Assembly: GCA_016867725.1 (NCBI GenBank)
Contig: VGIX01000003.1
Span: forward strand, 26,866-90,865
Length of the DNA: 64,000 nt
Direction: 5' to 3'
Source of the DNA: Candidatus Effluviviaceae Genus I sp.
GTDB lineage: Bacteria; Joyebacterota; Joyebacteria; Joyebacterales; Joyebacteraceae
The notes below the pieces were generated by a model, which saw nothing but the letters and a program-made list of their open reading frames with translations, searched no databases and was not told where the DNA came from. This document shows, one piece after another, positions 38,062-46,988 of this stretch (positions are counted from its first letter, which is position 1; each line of letters begins with the position of its first letter). The translations under genes were made by a program, and so were the position numbers.

Positions 38062-39450
38062 CTAGAAGGCGTACGTGAGCGACAGGCTCGTCACGACGAG
38101 GTCCCCGACGTGCTCGCCATTGTTGTCGTAGTTGACGTTCGCCGGCACGATCAGCTTCTCCCCGATCTGGTACTCGAGCGAGAGGTCGGCGTGCCACGCG
38201 CTGCTGCGGTAGGTCATGCCCGCGGCCACGGCGTTCTTCGCGATCTGAGGGAACGCGGCGGTGTAGTGCTCCGCATCGCCGGGGCTCGGCACATTGCGGT
38301 AGCCGGCGCGCATCGAGAGCGCGCGGGACAACCGATAGTCGAGCCCCGCCCCGACCTCGATCGTGTCCTTCCACTCGGGGTCGGCGCCGTCGAGGTGCAG
38401 CTCCGACGGGAGTTCGGCGTCGACCACACGCGCGATGCCCTTGTACTTGGACCACTGGGTCCACGCGCCGTCGACGGTCAGGGTCAGGCCGTCCACGAGG
38501 ACGTCCCGGTACGCGATGCCGAGCCCTGCCCACATGGGGAACACGAGGTCGTATTCCTGGTCCTGCTTCGGGGTCGCGTGGTCCGGATGCGTCGACGACA
38601 CTTCGATCTCCCCCGCCATGGCGACGGTCATCGGCGTGCGAACGACCGCGCCGAAGCTCAACGCGTCCGTCGCCTTGAACATGATGCCCGCCGTCGCGCA
38701 GTACCCCCACCCGGTGGCGCTGTCCTCCATCTGGATCGGATGGAGGTCACCCCTGTTGACGGTCTGAGGTCCCGACGTGTCCACCCACCGCTCCTCATAC
38801 CACGTGCCGAGCTTGGTCTCGAGGCTCGTGTAGACGGCATGACCGGCCAGTCCGAACGAAAGCCCGGGGACGATCTCCTTGGCAACGAGAGGCGAGATGG
38901 CATACGAGGTGAGGCGACTCTCGGTGTTCGGCGCTTCTCCCATCACTCGCCGGTAGCCTAGGGGGCTGCTCGGCTGGGTCGGGTACACGGCGACGATGTC
39001 GTCGTACACGGCGTCTCCCGCCCAGCGTGTGCCGTAGTCCGCGAACGTGTACGCCGCCAGCCCGACCTTGTCGAAGAGGGCGCCGAGGGAGAACTTCGGG
39101 TACAGGAAGATGCCCGGGAGGACCCGGTGCCCCGCGTCCGCGGTGGCGGCGACCTCCGCGCGCACGGGGATGCTGTAGCCTGCGGCCCCGTCGAACGCGA
39201 TCACGCCTTCCCGTGAGCCCAGCGACACGGCATCCTGCGCGAGCAACGTGACGTCCGTCCCCTTGATCTGCATGATGCCTGCCGGGTTCCAGAACGCCGC
39301 GCTGTAGTCATCCGCGAGTCCTATGAACGCCCCGGCCAGCCCGCTCGCCTTCGCCCCCACGGACGGGACGAGAAACCCGTTCGCCGAGACGGAGCCGGAC
39401 GCCGCCAGCACCAGCACCGTCGAGACAACGACCACGCTCAGAGGGCGCAT
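38062..39450 (-). CDS. FadL/TodX-family outer-membrane beta-barrel transporter (long-chain fatty acid / hydrophobic compound uptake)
   Basis: Signal peptide; alternating beta-strand pattern; C-terminal aromatic ending ...LSLTYAF; FadL-family length. Confidence 0.65.
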   Translation of the reverse strand: MRPLSVVVVSTVLVLAASGSVSANGFLVPSVGAKASGLAGAFIGLADDYSAAFWNPAGIMQIKGTDVTLLAQDAVSLGSREGVIAFDGAAGYSIPVRAEVAATADAGHRVLPGIFLYPKFSLGALFDKVGLAAYTFADYGTRWAGDAVYDDIVAVYPTQPSSPLGYRRVMGEAPNTESRLTSYAISPLVAKEIVPGLSFGLAGHAVYTSLETKLGTWYEERWVDTSGPQTVNRGDLHPIQMEDSATGWGYCATAGIMFKATDALSFGAVVRTPMTVAMAGEIEVSSTHPDHATPKQDQEYDLVFPMWAGLGIAYRDVLVDGLTLTVDGAWTQWSKYKGIARVVDAELPSELHLDGADPEWKDTIEVGAGLDYRLSRALSMRAGYRNVPSPGDAEHYTAAFPQIAKNAVAAGMTYRSSAWHADLSLEYQIGEKLIVPANVNYDNNGEHVGDLVVTSLSLTYAF

Positions 39451-39571
39451 CGTTCTTCCTCCATGCAGTCAGCGGGGGGCCCGGAGGGTCACCCGGCCGC
39501 GTACCAAGAACACAGGCCTCGCGCCCGCGCGCGGAGCCTCCTCGCGTGTGTACCACGGAATCAACCGGTCG

Positions 39572-40072
39572 TCAAGGGGTTTGTGCCGAGGGATGGCACT
39601 CGGAGCATGGGACCACCGCGCGGCGCTCGGCGACATCCCTGTGACCCACGTCGCCGTGGCAGCTCACGCACGCGACCGAGCCCCGATGCCTCGCGTGGGT
39701 CTCCGCGCCTGCGAGGCCGACGGCCGTGAGGTCGGCGTCCGAGTGGCATCCCGGCCTCTGGCAGGCGGCCCGCCCCGGAGGTTCCGAGCGGCGCCGTGTG
39801 TGAATCCCCAGGAAGTACTCCAGCGCGTTTCGGACGCCGTCGGCCTTGGAGTGGTAGTATCCGACCCACCCGGGATCGCTGTGGCAGTCCAGGCACTTGA
39901 CCGAGGAGTGGCTGGAGGCGCTCCAGCTCGCGTAGTGCGATCCCATGGCGGTGTGGCAGCTGCCGCAGAACTCGGAACGGGCGCTCCAGAAGTTCAGCGC
40001 GAGGCCGCCGCCTGCGACCACGAGCCCGACCAGCACCCACCCCCACCACCGAAGACGAAGACGCCCGCGCAT
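39572..40072 (-). CDS. membrane-anchored multiheme c-type cytochrome, NapC/NirT/NrfH-like
   Basis: N-terminal TM helix; four CXXCH motifs (CGSCH, CLDCH, CVSCH, CSECH) plus a CX4CH-like CQRPGCH in 166 aa. Confidence 0.7.
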   Translation of the reverse strand: MRGRLRLRWWGWVLVGLVVAGGGLALNFWSARSEFCGSCHTAMGSHYASWSASSHSSVKCLDCHSDPGWVGYYHSKADGVRNALEYFLGIHTRRRSEPPGRAACQRPGCHSDADLTAVGLAGAETHARHRGSVACVSCHGDVGHRDVAERRAVVPCSECHPSAQTP

Positions 40073-40175
40073 GCCCTGTTCTCACCCGCCTTCCCGCTGC
40101 GTCCGTCGAGGCGCGAAGAGCGGCGCGCACGCCGCCGCAGGTCCCTCCGGGAGCCCTCCCCCTCCGCCCGGCACC

Positions 40176-41153
40176 CTACACTCCCCGGACCAGCTCGTAC
40201 ACGAGCGAGCTCACCACGGGAGCGCCCGCGATGCCTCGTCGGATGTCCGCATCCGCCCGCCGGAACGCGCCCACGCCGTTGGCGTAATCGCGCGATGTGC
40301 GCTGTCCGGCGACATCGCCCGGTCCCTCGGTCGGCGCCCCCGCTCGCGCGGCGCCGGGCCCGGAGCCGCGGCCCGCCCCGGCCCGGGCCGTCCACAGCGC
40401 CACCCAGCTGTTCCACAGCTGGGACACGATGTGCGCCGGCTCGACGCCGCCGTCCATGAGCCCGTGCGCAAGCGCGAGCGCTTCGCCAAGCTCGCGCCGG
40501 GCGACGGCCGACGCCAGATCCCTCATGTCGGAGAGCCGGACACCCACGGCCTCGTCGACGTCCTCCCGCCCGATCGGCCGTCCGTCGGGAACGAAGCACG
40601 CGAGCTTGTCGAGCTCATTGGCGATCCTGCTCAGCGACGCCTCCGTCGCCTCGACAAGCGCGAGCGCGGCCGCGACGTCGATCGCGCGCCCCCGCTCCTT
40701 CGCCATCCGCGCGACCAGCGCCTCGAGCGTCTTGCCGGCGACGCGACCGCACTCGACCACCGCCGAGCGCGAGAGCACCTCCCTCTCGAAGCGCGTGCCA
40801 CGCGAGAGGAGCTCGGAACTGACCAGGGCAACACACGAGCTCGCAACGGGATGCTCGAGGTACTTCAGGAGCCCGGTCCGCTGCGTCGGGGTCAGGGCGT
40901 CGAACTCGTAGACGACCGTGAGACGTCGCTCCGAGAGCATCGGCATCGTCGCCGCCTGCGAGGCGATGGCCTCCGCCGTCGCGTCCCTGCCCGTGAGGCT
41001 CACGAAGTCGAACGCCTCGCTGCCGGGAGCGATGAGGCGCTTCTTGAGGAGCGCGACGCCCAACCCCGCCAGATAGGACTCGGGGCCGTGGAGAAGCACG
41101 ACGGGCGGGACCGTTCCCCCTGCGATCGTCCTCTGGAACTCCGCGAAGGTCAT
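40176..41153 (-). CDS. holA: DNA polymerase III delta subunit
   Basis: VVLLHGPESYL start and delta-subunit helical domain; position downstream of lptE as in E. coli; the start was set at the internal Met (MTFAEFQ), trimming an Arg-rich extension. Confidence 0.75.
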   Translation of the reverse strand: MTFAEFQRTIAGGTVPPVVLLHGPESYLAGLGVALLKKRLIAPGSEAFDFVSLTGRDATAEAIASQAATMPMLSERRLTVVYEFDALTPTQRTGLLKYLEHPVASSCVALVSSELLSRGTRFEREVLSRSAVVECGRVAGKTLEALVARMAKERGRAIDVAAALALVEATEASLSRIANELDKLACFVPDGRPIGREDVDEAVGVRLSDMRDLASAVARRELGEALALAHGLMDGGVEPAHIVSQLWNSWVALWTARAGAGRGSGPGAARAGAPTEGPGDVAGQRTSRDYANGVGAFRRADADIRRGIAGAPVVSSLVYELVRGV

Positions 41154-41175
41154 CTCTTCGGCCACCCGCTCGACG

Positions 41176-41691
41176 CTACCAGCCCTGGACCGTCTTGGAG
41201 AGCAGCTCCTCGGACAGCATCTCGAACGCCGCCGCCCTTGCCTGTTCCTCGGTCGTGAGCCCGCCGCCCTCTCCGGACAGGGCGTACACACCCCACCCCT
41301 CGACGGTGCCGCTCCAGATGGTGGTCCCGCTTCTGCGGTCGTCGTACGACAGGGACGCCGCCACGCGGACTCGGTACTCCCGGGGGTTGCCGGCGGCGTC
41401 GTACGAGAGCACGGGCCTCTCGTACAGGGTCACGCTGCCCCGCACGATGGCTTCGGCCTCCGACTCGGGCACGACCCTCATCGCGTTGTTCTCGGTCAGC
41501 GCCGCGATGATGGCGCTCGTCACCCCCTCCTCTGCCCCGTACTCGATCGTCTCGTTGGCGAGCACCGGCACCGCCACGGTCCTCGGGCCGCCCGCCCGGA
41601 CCGCCGGGGAGAACCCGTAGTGCGAACATCCCGTGAGAACGAGGAGCACCGCAACGCAGGCAAGTCCCACCTGCGGTCCCGGGGGTCTCAT
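41176..41691 (-). CDS. lptE: LPS-assembly lipoprotein LptE
   Basis: Lipobox LVLTGCS, LptE-like size, and conserved lptE-holA adjacency; the start was set at the Met before the lipobox. Confidence 0.65.
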   Translation of the reverse strand: MRPPGPQVGLACVAVLLVLTGCSHYGFSPAVRAGGPRTVAVPVLANETIEYGAEEGVTSAIIAALTENNAMRVVPESEAEAIVRGSVTLYERPVLSYDAAGNPREYRVRVAASLSYDDRRSGTTIWSGTVEGWGVYALSGEGGGLTTEEQARAAAFEMLSEELLSKTVQGW

Positions 41692-43124
41692 CGCGCCCGC
41701 CGCCTCCTGCCGGGGCGCGCTTGCGGCGCCCCTTCCCCGTCGCTCAGCCGCTTCCTGAGCGTGTTCCTGCTGATGCCGAGGATCGCGGCGGCGCCCACCT
41801 GGCTTCCGCCGCTCTCCTCCATGGCCAGCGCCGCGAGCGAGCGCTCCACCTCGCCGACCACCGCTTCGTCGATCTCCTCGCGCTCCTCGCCGCGGAGCCT
41901 GCGGTACTCGGCGCCGACGGCGGCCCGTAGACCGGTCGCCCCCGCCGCCTCCGGCGCAGGCCATCGCTCCGCGTCCTCGGTCAGCGACGCGAAGTCCTCA
42001 GGCCCCAGCACGCCCGTGCGGCACAGCGCGACCGCGCGCTGCACGGCCTGCTCGAGCTCGCGGATGTTCCCGGGCCACGAGTGCTGACGGAGGAGCGCCA
42101 GAGCGCCCGGCGAGATCCCCTCGATGTCCCGCTGCATGGACACGCGCGCGCGCTCGACGAAGTGCGCCGCCAGAACGGGGATGTCGTCGAGCCGCTCGCG
42201 GAGAGGCGGAATGAACACGGACACGATCTTGAGCCGGTAGAAGAGGTCGACACGGAACCGGCCTTCCTTCATCCGGCCCACGAGACTCCGACCCGTCGCT
42301 CCGATGACCCTCACGTCGGTCTTGATCCGCGCCCGCGCGCGCGGCCGCTCGAACCACCCGTGCTCGAGAACGCTCAGGATCCTCCCCTGCGCCTCGAGAC
42401 CGGCCTCGTCGATGTCGTCGAGGAAGACCGTCCCCGTGTGGGCAAGCTCGAACCGACCCGACGCGCCGGCCTGTCCCGCTCCCCCGTCCCCGAAGAGCTC
42501 CGCCTCGAGCGACTCGGGCGCGACGGCCGAGCAGTTCACGGCGACGAACGGCCGCTCCCGCCGGCCGCTGTTGTAGTGAATGGCGCGGGCCACGAGCTCC
42601 TTGCCCGTGCCCGCCTCGCCGTGGATGAGCACCGAGGCGTCGGTCGCCGCGATCTGTCCGATGAGCTTGTGGATCTCGACCATCTCGGGCGTCCGCCCGA
42701 CGATGGCACCGAGGTCTGCGACGTCCGCCGGCCCGGGGGAGCCGATCGTGCGGATGATCCCGCCCTCGCCCGACAGCGCGCGCCTCGCCGCGTCCTCGAG
42801 ACCGGCCGGAAGCGTCTCCCGGGGAAGGTAGTCGTACGCGCCTTCCCGCATCGACTCGATCGCGCCCTGGCTGCTCGTCCGCTCCGCCACGACGACCACG
42901 GGCAGCCTGCGCTCGATCGCCTTCGCGCGCCTGAGGACCTCGAGACACGGCATGCGCTCGAGCCCGTGCTCGACGACGAGCAGCGAGGGCGCGCCGCCGG
43001 CCAGCGCCTCCAGCATCTCCCCTGGGTCGGTCCACACGCGCGCGTCGTAGATGAGCGGCGGAAGGGCCTTCACGAGCTCCTCCGCCGCCGCATCGGTCGC
43101 GTCGATGATCCAGACGCTCTTCAC
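41688..43124 (-). CDS. sigma54-dependent transcriptional regulator (NtrC family) with an atypical receiver domain
   Basis: AAA+ sigma54 activator motifs (GEAGTGKE, GAFTGA-equivalent region ESLEAELFG, the conserved RVIGAT segment, PGNIRELE) and a C-terminal Fis-type HTH. In the receiver, the phospho-acceptor position reads LLVVEH (Glu, not Asp) and the conserved Lys is PRE. Confidence 0.8.
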   Translation of the reverse strand: MKSVWIIDATDAAAEELVKALPPLIYDARVWTDPGEMLEALAGGAPSLLVVEHGLERMPCLEVLRRAKAIERRLPVVVVAERTSSQGAIESMREGAYDYLPRETLPAGLEDAARRALSGEGGIIRTIGSPGPADVADLGAIVGRTPEMVEIHKLIGQIAATDASVLIHGEAGTGKELVARAIHYNSGRRERPFVAVNCSAVAPESLEAELFGDGGAGQAGASGRFELAHTGTVFLDDIDEAGLEAQGRILSVLEHGWFERPRARARIKTDVRVIGATGRSLVGRMKEGRFRVDLFYRLKIVSVFIPPLRERLDDIPVLAAHFVERARVSMQRDIEGISPGALALLRQHSWPGNIRELEQAVQRAVALCRTGVLGPEDFASLTEDAERWPAPEAAGATGLRAAVGAEYRRLRGEEREEIDEAVVGEVERSLAALAMEESGGSQVGAAAILGISRNTLRKRLSDGEGAPQARPGRRRRAR

Positions 43125-43148
43125 GAGGTGCCGCTCCGTGGGGGTTCG

Positions 43149-44102
43149 TCAGGCGCCGCGGCGGCCGGCGCCGGCGGCCCGGAACCACTCGACGGTCCGG
43201 GCGAGTCCCTCATCCAGGTCCACGGCGGGCGCGAAGCCGAGCACCGAGCGCGCTCTCGTCACGTCCGCCCACGAGTGCTTCACGTCGCCCGGCCTCGGCC
43301 GAGCGAAGCGCGGCCGGACGTCGGCCCCACAGAGAAGACGCAGCCGCTCGCAGAGGTCGCTCACCGTCGTCGTGCTCCCGCACGCGATGTTGAGCGCCTG
43401 CCCCACGGCGTCCCTGCTTCCTGCGGCGGCCAGGTTCGCGTCCACGACGTTCGCCACGTAGGTGAAGTCGCGCGACTGCTCGCCGTCGCCGTAGATCACG
43501 GGCTGCTCGGAAGCCAGCAGGGCGCTGGCGAAGAGCGGCACGACGGCGGCGTACTGCGACGAGGGGTCCTGCCTGGGTCCGAAGACATTGAAGTACCGCA
43601 GCGCGACGCACGGCAGCCCGTAGAGCAGGGAGAAGACCCGGCAGTAGTGCTCGCCGGCGAGCTTCCCCGCGGCGTAGGGCGACTCGGGCGCCGGCGTCAT
43701 GCCCTCACGCTTCGGCAGCTCCGGCGAGTTCCCGTAGATGGACGACGAGCTCGCGTACACGAGGCGGCCGACGCCGGCGTCGCGGGACGCGATGAGGACG
43801 TTGAGCGTGCCGCGCACGTTGACCTCGTCGCTTGTCGCCGGATCGTCCACGGACCTCGGGACCGAGGCGAGCGCCGCCTGGTGAAAGACGACGTCCACGC
43901 CGCGGACCGCCTCGCGCACCGCGCCGAGGTCTCTGATGTCCGCCTCGATGAGCGCCACGCGCCCGCCGAGACCCGCGAGGTTCTCGCGCTTCCCGGTCGA
44001 GAGGTTGTCCAGCACACGGACGTCGTGCCCGAGCGCCGCCAGGCGTTCCGCGAGGTGGGAGCCGATGAACCCGGCGCCTCCCGTGACGAGCATGCAGGCC
44101 AT
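43149..44102 (-). CDS. NAD-dependent nucleotide-sugar epimerase/dehydratase (UDP-GlcNAc/UDP-Glc 4-epimerase-like, WbpP-type)
   Basis: VTGGAGFIGSHL Rossmann motif and YxxxK (YAAGK). Confidence 0.8.
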   Translation of the reverse strand: MACMLVTGGAGFIGSHLAERLAALGHDVRVLDNLSTGKRENLAGLGGRVALIEADIRDLGAVREAVRGVDVVFHQAALASVPRSVDDPATSDEVNVRGTLNVLIASRDAGVGRLVYASSSSIYGNSPELPKREGMTPAPESPYAAGKLAGEHYCRVFSLLYGLPCVALRYFNVFGPRQDPSSQYAAVVPLFASALLASEQPVIYGDGEQSRDFTYVANVVDANLAAAGSRDAVGQALNIACGSTTTVSDLCERLRLLCGADVRPRFARPRPGDVKHSWADVTRARSVLGFAPAVDLDEGLARTVEWFRAAGAGRRGA

Positions 44103-44130
44103 GGCACAGCTCCTCGATCGACGACGTCGC

Positions 44131-45423
44131 CTAGATCTTCCTCACGTGGGGCGCCGCATGGTCCTTGAGAGCGTTCCGCGCGTCCACGACGGGGACGCCG
44201 GTCGCAACGATCGCGCCGTAGTCGAAGGCGCTGTGCGCGGTCGTGATCACGAGGCAGTCGTGGCGCGAGAGCTCGGACGGCGTTGCGGGCACGCTGCGCA
44301 TCTCGGACCCGTTGAGGGTGAGCGACGGCACGTGAGGGTCGCTGTACGACACGCGCCCGCCCTTCTCCATGAGCAGCTTCATCACGTCCAGCGCCGGCGA
44401 CTCGCGGATGTCGTCGATGTCCTGCTTGTACGCCACGCCGAGCACGAGCACGTTCGCTCCCCGCACGGGCTTGCCGATGTCGTTCAGGCAGTCCGCCACC
44501 TTCGAGGCGACGTAGTAGGGCATGCTGCCGTTGATCTGCCCGGCCAGCTCGATGAAGCGCGCCTCGAACCCCGACTCCTTCGCCTTCCACGAGAGGTAGA
44601 ACGGGTCGATGGGGATGCAGTGACCGCCGAGCCCGGGGCCCGGGTAGAAGCGCATGAACCCGAACGGCTTGGTCGCCGCCGCGTCGATGACCTCCCACAC
44701 GTCGATGCCCATGCGGTCGCACATGAGCGCCAGCTCGTTCACGAGCCCGATGTTCACGCTCCGGAAGGTGTTCTCAAGGAGCTTGACCATCTCCGCCACG
44801 CGCGTCGAGGACACCGGGACGACCGGCCCGAGCGTGAGGCGGTAGAGGAGCGCCGCGTGCTCCGTGCACGCCGGCGTCACGCCTCCGACGACCTTCGGGA
44901 TGTTCTTCGTGTTCCAGTCGGGGTTGCCGGGGTCGACCCGCTCCGGCGAGAACGCGAGGTAGAAGTCTCTGCCGACATGAAGTCCGGTGCGCTCAAGGCG
45001 CGTCAGGATGAGCTCGTCCGTCGTCCCAGGATACGTCGTACTGTCGAGGATGATCAGCATGCCGGGGTGCACGTACTTCTCGATCTCCTCCACAGCCGCG
45101 GCCACGTAGGAGATGTCGGGGTCCTTGGTCTTCCTGAGCGGCGTCGGCACGCAGATGTCGACGGTGTCCAGCTCGCGCAGGACGCCGAAGTCGGTCGTCG
45201 CCGTGAACAGCCCGGCCTTCATGATCTCGCGCAGCGACTCGGTCGGCACGTCCTGGATGTACGACTCCCCGGCGTTGAGCTTCTCGACCTTTCGCGCGTC
45301 CTTGTCGATGCCGGTGACGCGGTAGCCGGCGCGGGCGAACTCGACGCACAGCGGGAGCCCCACGTACCCCAGTCCGATCACACCCAGCTTCGCCTTCTTC
45401 TCGACCAGCTTCGACGTCAGCAA
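44131..45423 (-). CDS. UDP-N-acetyl-D-hexosamine 6-dehydrogenase (WecC/WbpA/UDP-ManNAc dehydrogenase family)
   Basis: GVIGLGYVGLP NAD-binding motif; catalytic GGHCIPID; TTG start after AAGGAGGAG; the upstream Arg-rich extension in the ORF table was trimmed. Confidence 0.8.
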   Translation of the reverse strand: MLTSKLVEKKAKLGVIGLGYVGLPLCVEFARAGYRVTGIDKDARKVEKLNAGESYIQDVPTESLREIMKAGLFTATTDFGVLRELDTVDICVPTPLRKTKDPDISYVAAAVEEIEKYVHPGMLIILDSTTYPGTTDELILTRLERTGLHVGRDFYLAFSPERVDPGNPDWNTKNIPKVVGGVTPACTEHAALLYRLTLGPVVPVSSTRVAEMVKLLENTFRSVNIGLVNELALMCDRMGIDVWEVIDAAATKPFGFMRFYPGPGLGGHCIPIDPFYLSWKAKESGFEARFIELAGQINGSMPYYVASKVADCLNDIGKPVRGANVLVLGVAYKQDIDDIRESPALDVMKLLMEKGGRVSYSDPHVPSLTLNGSEMRSVPATPSELSRHDCLVITTAHSAFDYGAIVATGVPVVDARNALKDHAAPHVRKI

Positions 45424-45470
45424 GCTCTCCTCCTTGCGAACCGCGCCGGAGTCATGCCCGGACGGCGGGA

Positions 45471-46742
45471 TCAGTGGGCGGCCCTGGCGACGGTGACCAC
45501 CCCCGCGGTGACCAACGGAAGGAGCAGGTTGTCGCTCGCTCCGACCGAGAGCGACTCGACGACGGCGGCCGTCGCCCCGATGACCAGGGCCCAGGGAACC
45601 GAGACGAAGAATGTAGCAATAATCACGCCGACTGCGAAGAGCGAAAGCGACCCGATGAGGGTCTTCCCGGGATTGTGAGGGAGCGCCGTGCTGCCGAATG
45701 CGCGCCCCGCCAGGCTCGCCACGCTGTCCCCGACGGCGAGGATCAGGATGCCCACCGTGGCTCCTGCGCGCGGGAACACGGCGAGGGTGAGGAAGATCCC
45801 GAGCCCGTACAGGATCGGGCCCTGCACGATCGCCCGCGGCTCGGCCGGCCGCATCGTCGCCCACGTGACCCGCGAGACCACCGGCACCGCGATCCCGCGG
45901 AGCCGCAGCCACTCCGAGAGCGCGAACAGGCCGGTCACCGCGCCCACGAGCCAGAGGGTGAACCCCTTCGACCAGACGGCCATGGTCGGGACGACCGCCG
46001 CCGCGGCGTGGATCGCCTTCCTGACGGCTTCGTGCCTCACGGCGAGCGCCTGGGGCGTCACGCCCTCGGCCGCTCCCTCGGGGAAGAACTGGAGGATCTC
46101 GCGGAGGTCGTGCGTGTGCAGCACGAAGCTCGCGTCGCGGAGGATGGGCTGTTCGGGGTTCACGCCGATGCTGCGCCAGGCCGCCCGCACGATCTCGGAG
46201 TTGCTGCGGTCGTCCACGACCACCGTCGTGGCCGCCCATCCGATGCCGGCCTGGCCCAGCATGCGCTCGAGAGACTCGCGCTTGCCCGTCTCAGAGTGGC
46301 GGACGCCCAGGAGGCGCCCCGTGAGCGCGCCGTTCTCGGTCTCGAGCAGCGCGCCGGCGCCGCCGTCCGCGCCGAGGCGCACGGCCAGGCGCTCCACGAC
46401 CTCCTGAGGGACACCCACGCTCACGAACACCACCGAGTAGCCCATGCGCCTGAGCGCGGCGCAGACCTCACGCGCCCCTTGCACCAGGCGCACGGACTCG
46501 GCAAGGGCGAGGAGGTCGCTCACGCGCGCCCCGCGCTGCAGCGCGTACGCGCGCTCGACCACCTCGCGCACCGACAGGAAGCCGGCCTTGTGCAGAAGCC
46601 CGAGCCACAGGCTCCTGAACCACACACCGACGCCCCTGCGCCGCGCGGCACACGACAGGAAGAGCCCCTGAAGCAGCACGCCGTCCACGTCGAACGCGAC
46701 GGCGCCTCGCGCGGGAGCCTCACGCCCTGCGGCCGCGCCCAT
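45471..46742 (-). CDS. fusion protein: N-terminal HAD-like phosphatase domain plus C-terminal CTP_transf_1-like (CdsA/dolichol-kinase-like) membrane domain
   Basis: AFDVDGVL HAD motif I; C-terminal multi-TM domain with VGDSVASLAGRAFGS...GKTLIGSL resembling the CdsA/SEC59 signature. Confidence 0.55.
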   Translation of the reverse strand: MGAAAGREAPARGAVAFDVDGVLLQGLFLSCAARRRGVGVWFRSLWLGLLHKAGFLSVREVVERAYALQRGARVSDLLALAESVRLVQGAREVCAALRRMGYSVVFVSVGVPQEVVERLAVRLGADGGAGALLETENGALTGRLLGVRHSETGKRESLERMLGQAGIGWAATTVVVDDRSNSEIVRAAWRSIGVNPEQPILRDASFVLHTHDLREILQFFPEGAAEGVTPQALAVRHEAVRKAIHAAAAVVPTMAVWSKGFTLWLVGAVTGLFALSEWLRLRGIAVPVVSRVTWATMRPAEPRAIVQGPILYGLGIFLTLAVFPRAGATVGILILAVGDSVASLAGRAFGSTALPHNPGKTLIGSLSLFAVGVIIATFFVSVPWALVIGATAAVVESLSVGASDNLLLPLVTAGVVTVARAAH

Positions 46743-46965
46743 CGTCCCTCCCCAGGAGATGCCGCAGGCCGCGGAACGCCATCCAGCAGGCCATGGCGCC
46801 GAGAAGCAGGAACATGTAGCTGAAGCGGTTGCCGTACCGAGGGAGTATGAGATCTACGAAGCGAACGAGCGCGTACACGATCATGCCCGCGCATGCGAGG
46901 TACGCCAGGCCGAGGATCGTCCTCAGGACGCGGACCTGTGTCGACGCCGGCGGCACGCGCGGCAT
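46720..46965 (-). CDS. small two-TM membrane protein (81 aa)
   Basis: Internal Met with RBS AAGGGGG; two hydrophobic helices; overlaps the downstream gene's start by 23 nt. Confidence 0.35.
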   Translation of the reverse strand: MPRVPPASTQVRVLRTILGLAYLACAGMIVYALVRFVDLILPRYGNRFSYMFLLLGAMACWMAFRGLRHLLGRDDGRGRRA

Positions 46966-46988
46966 GAGGCCCCCTTCAGGCCGCGCCG

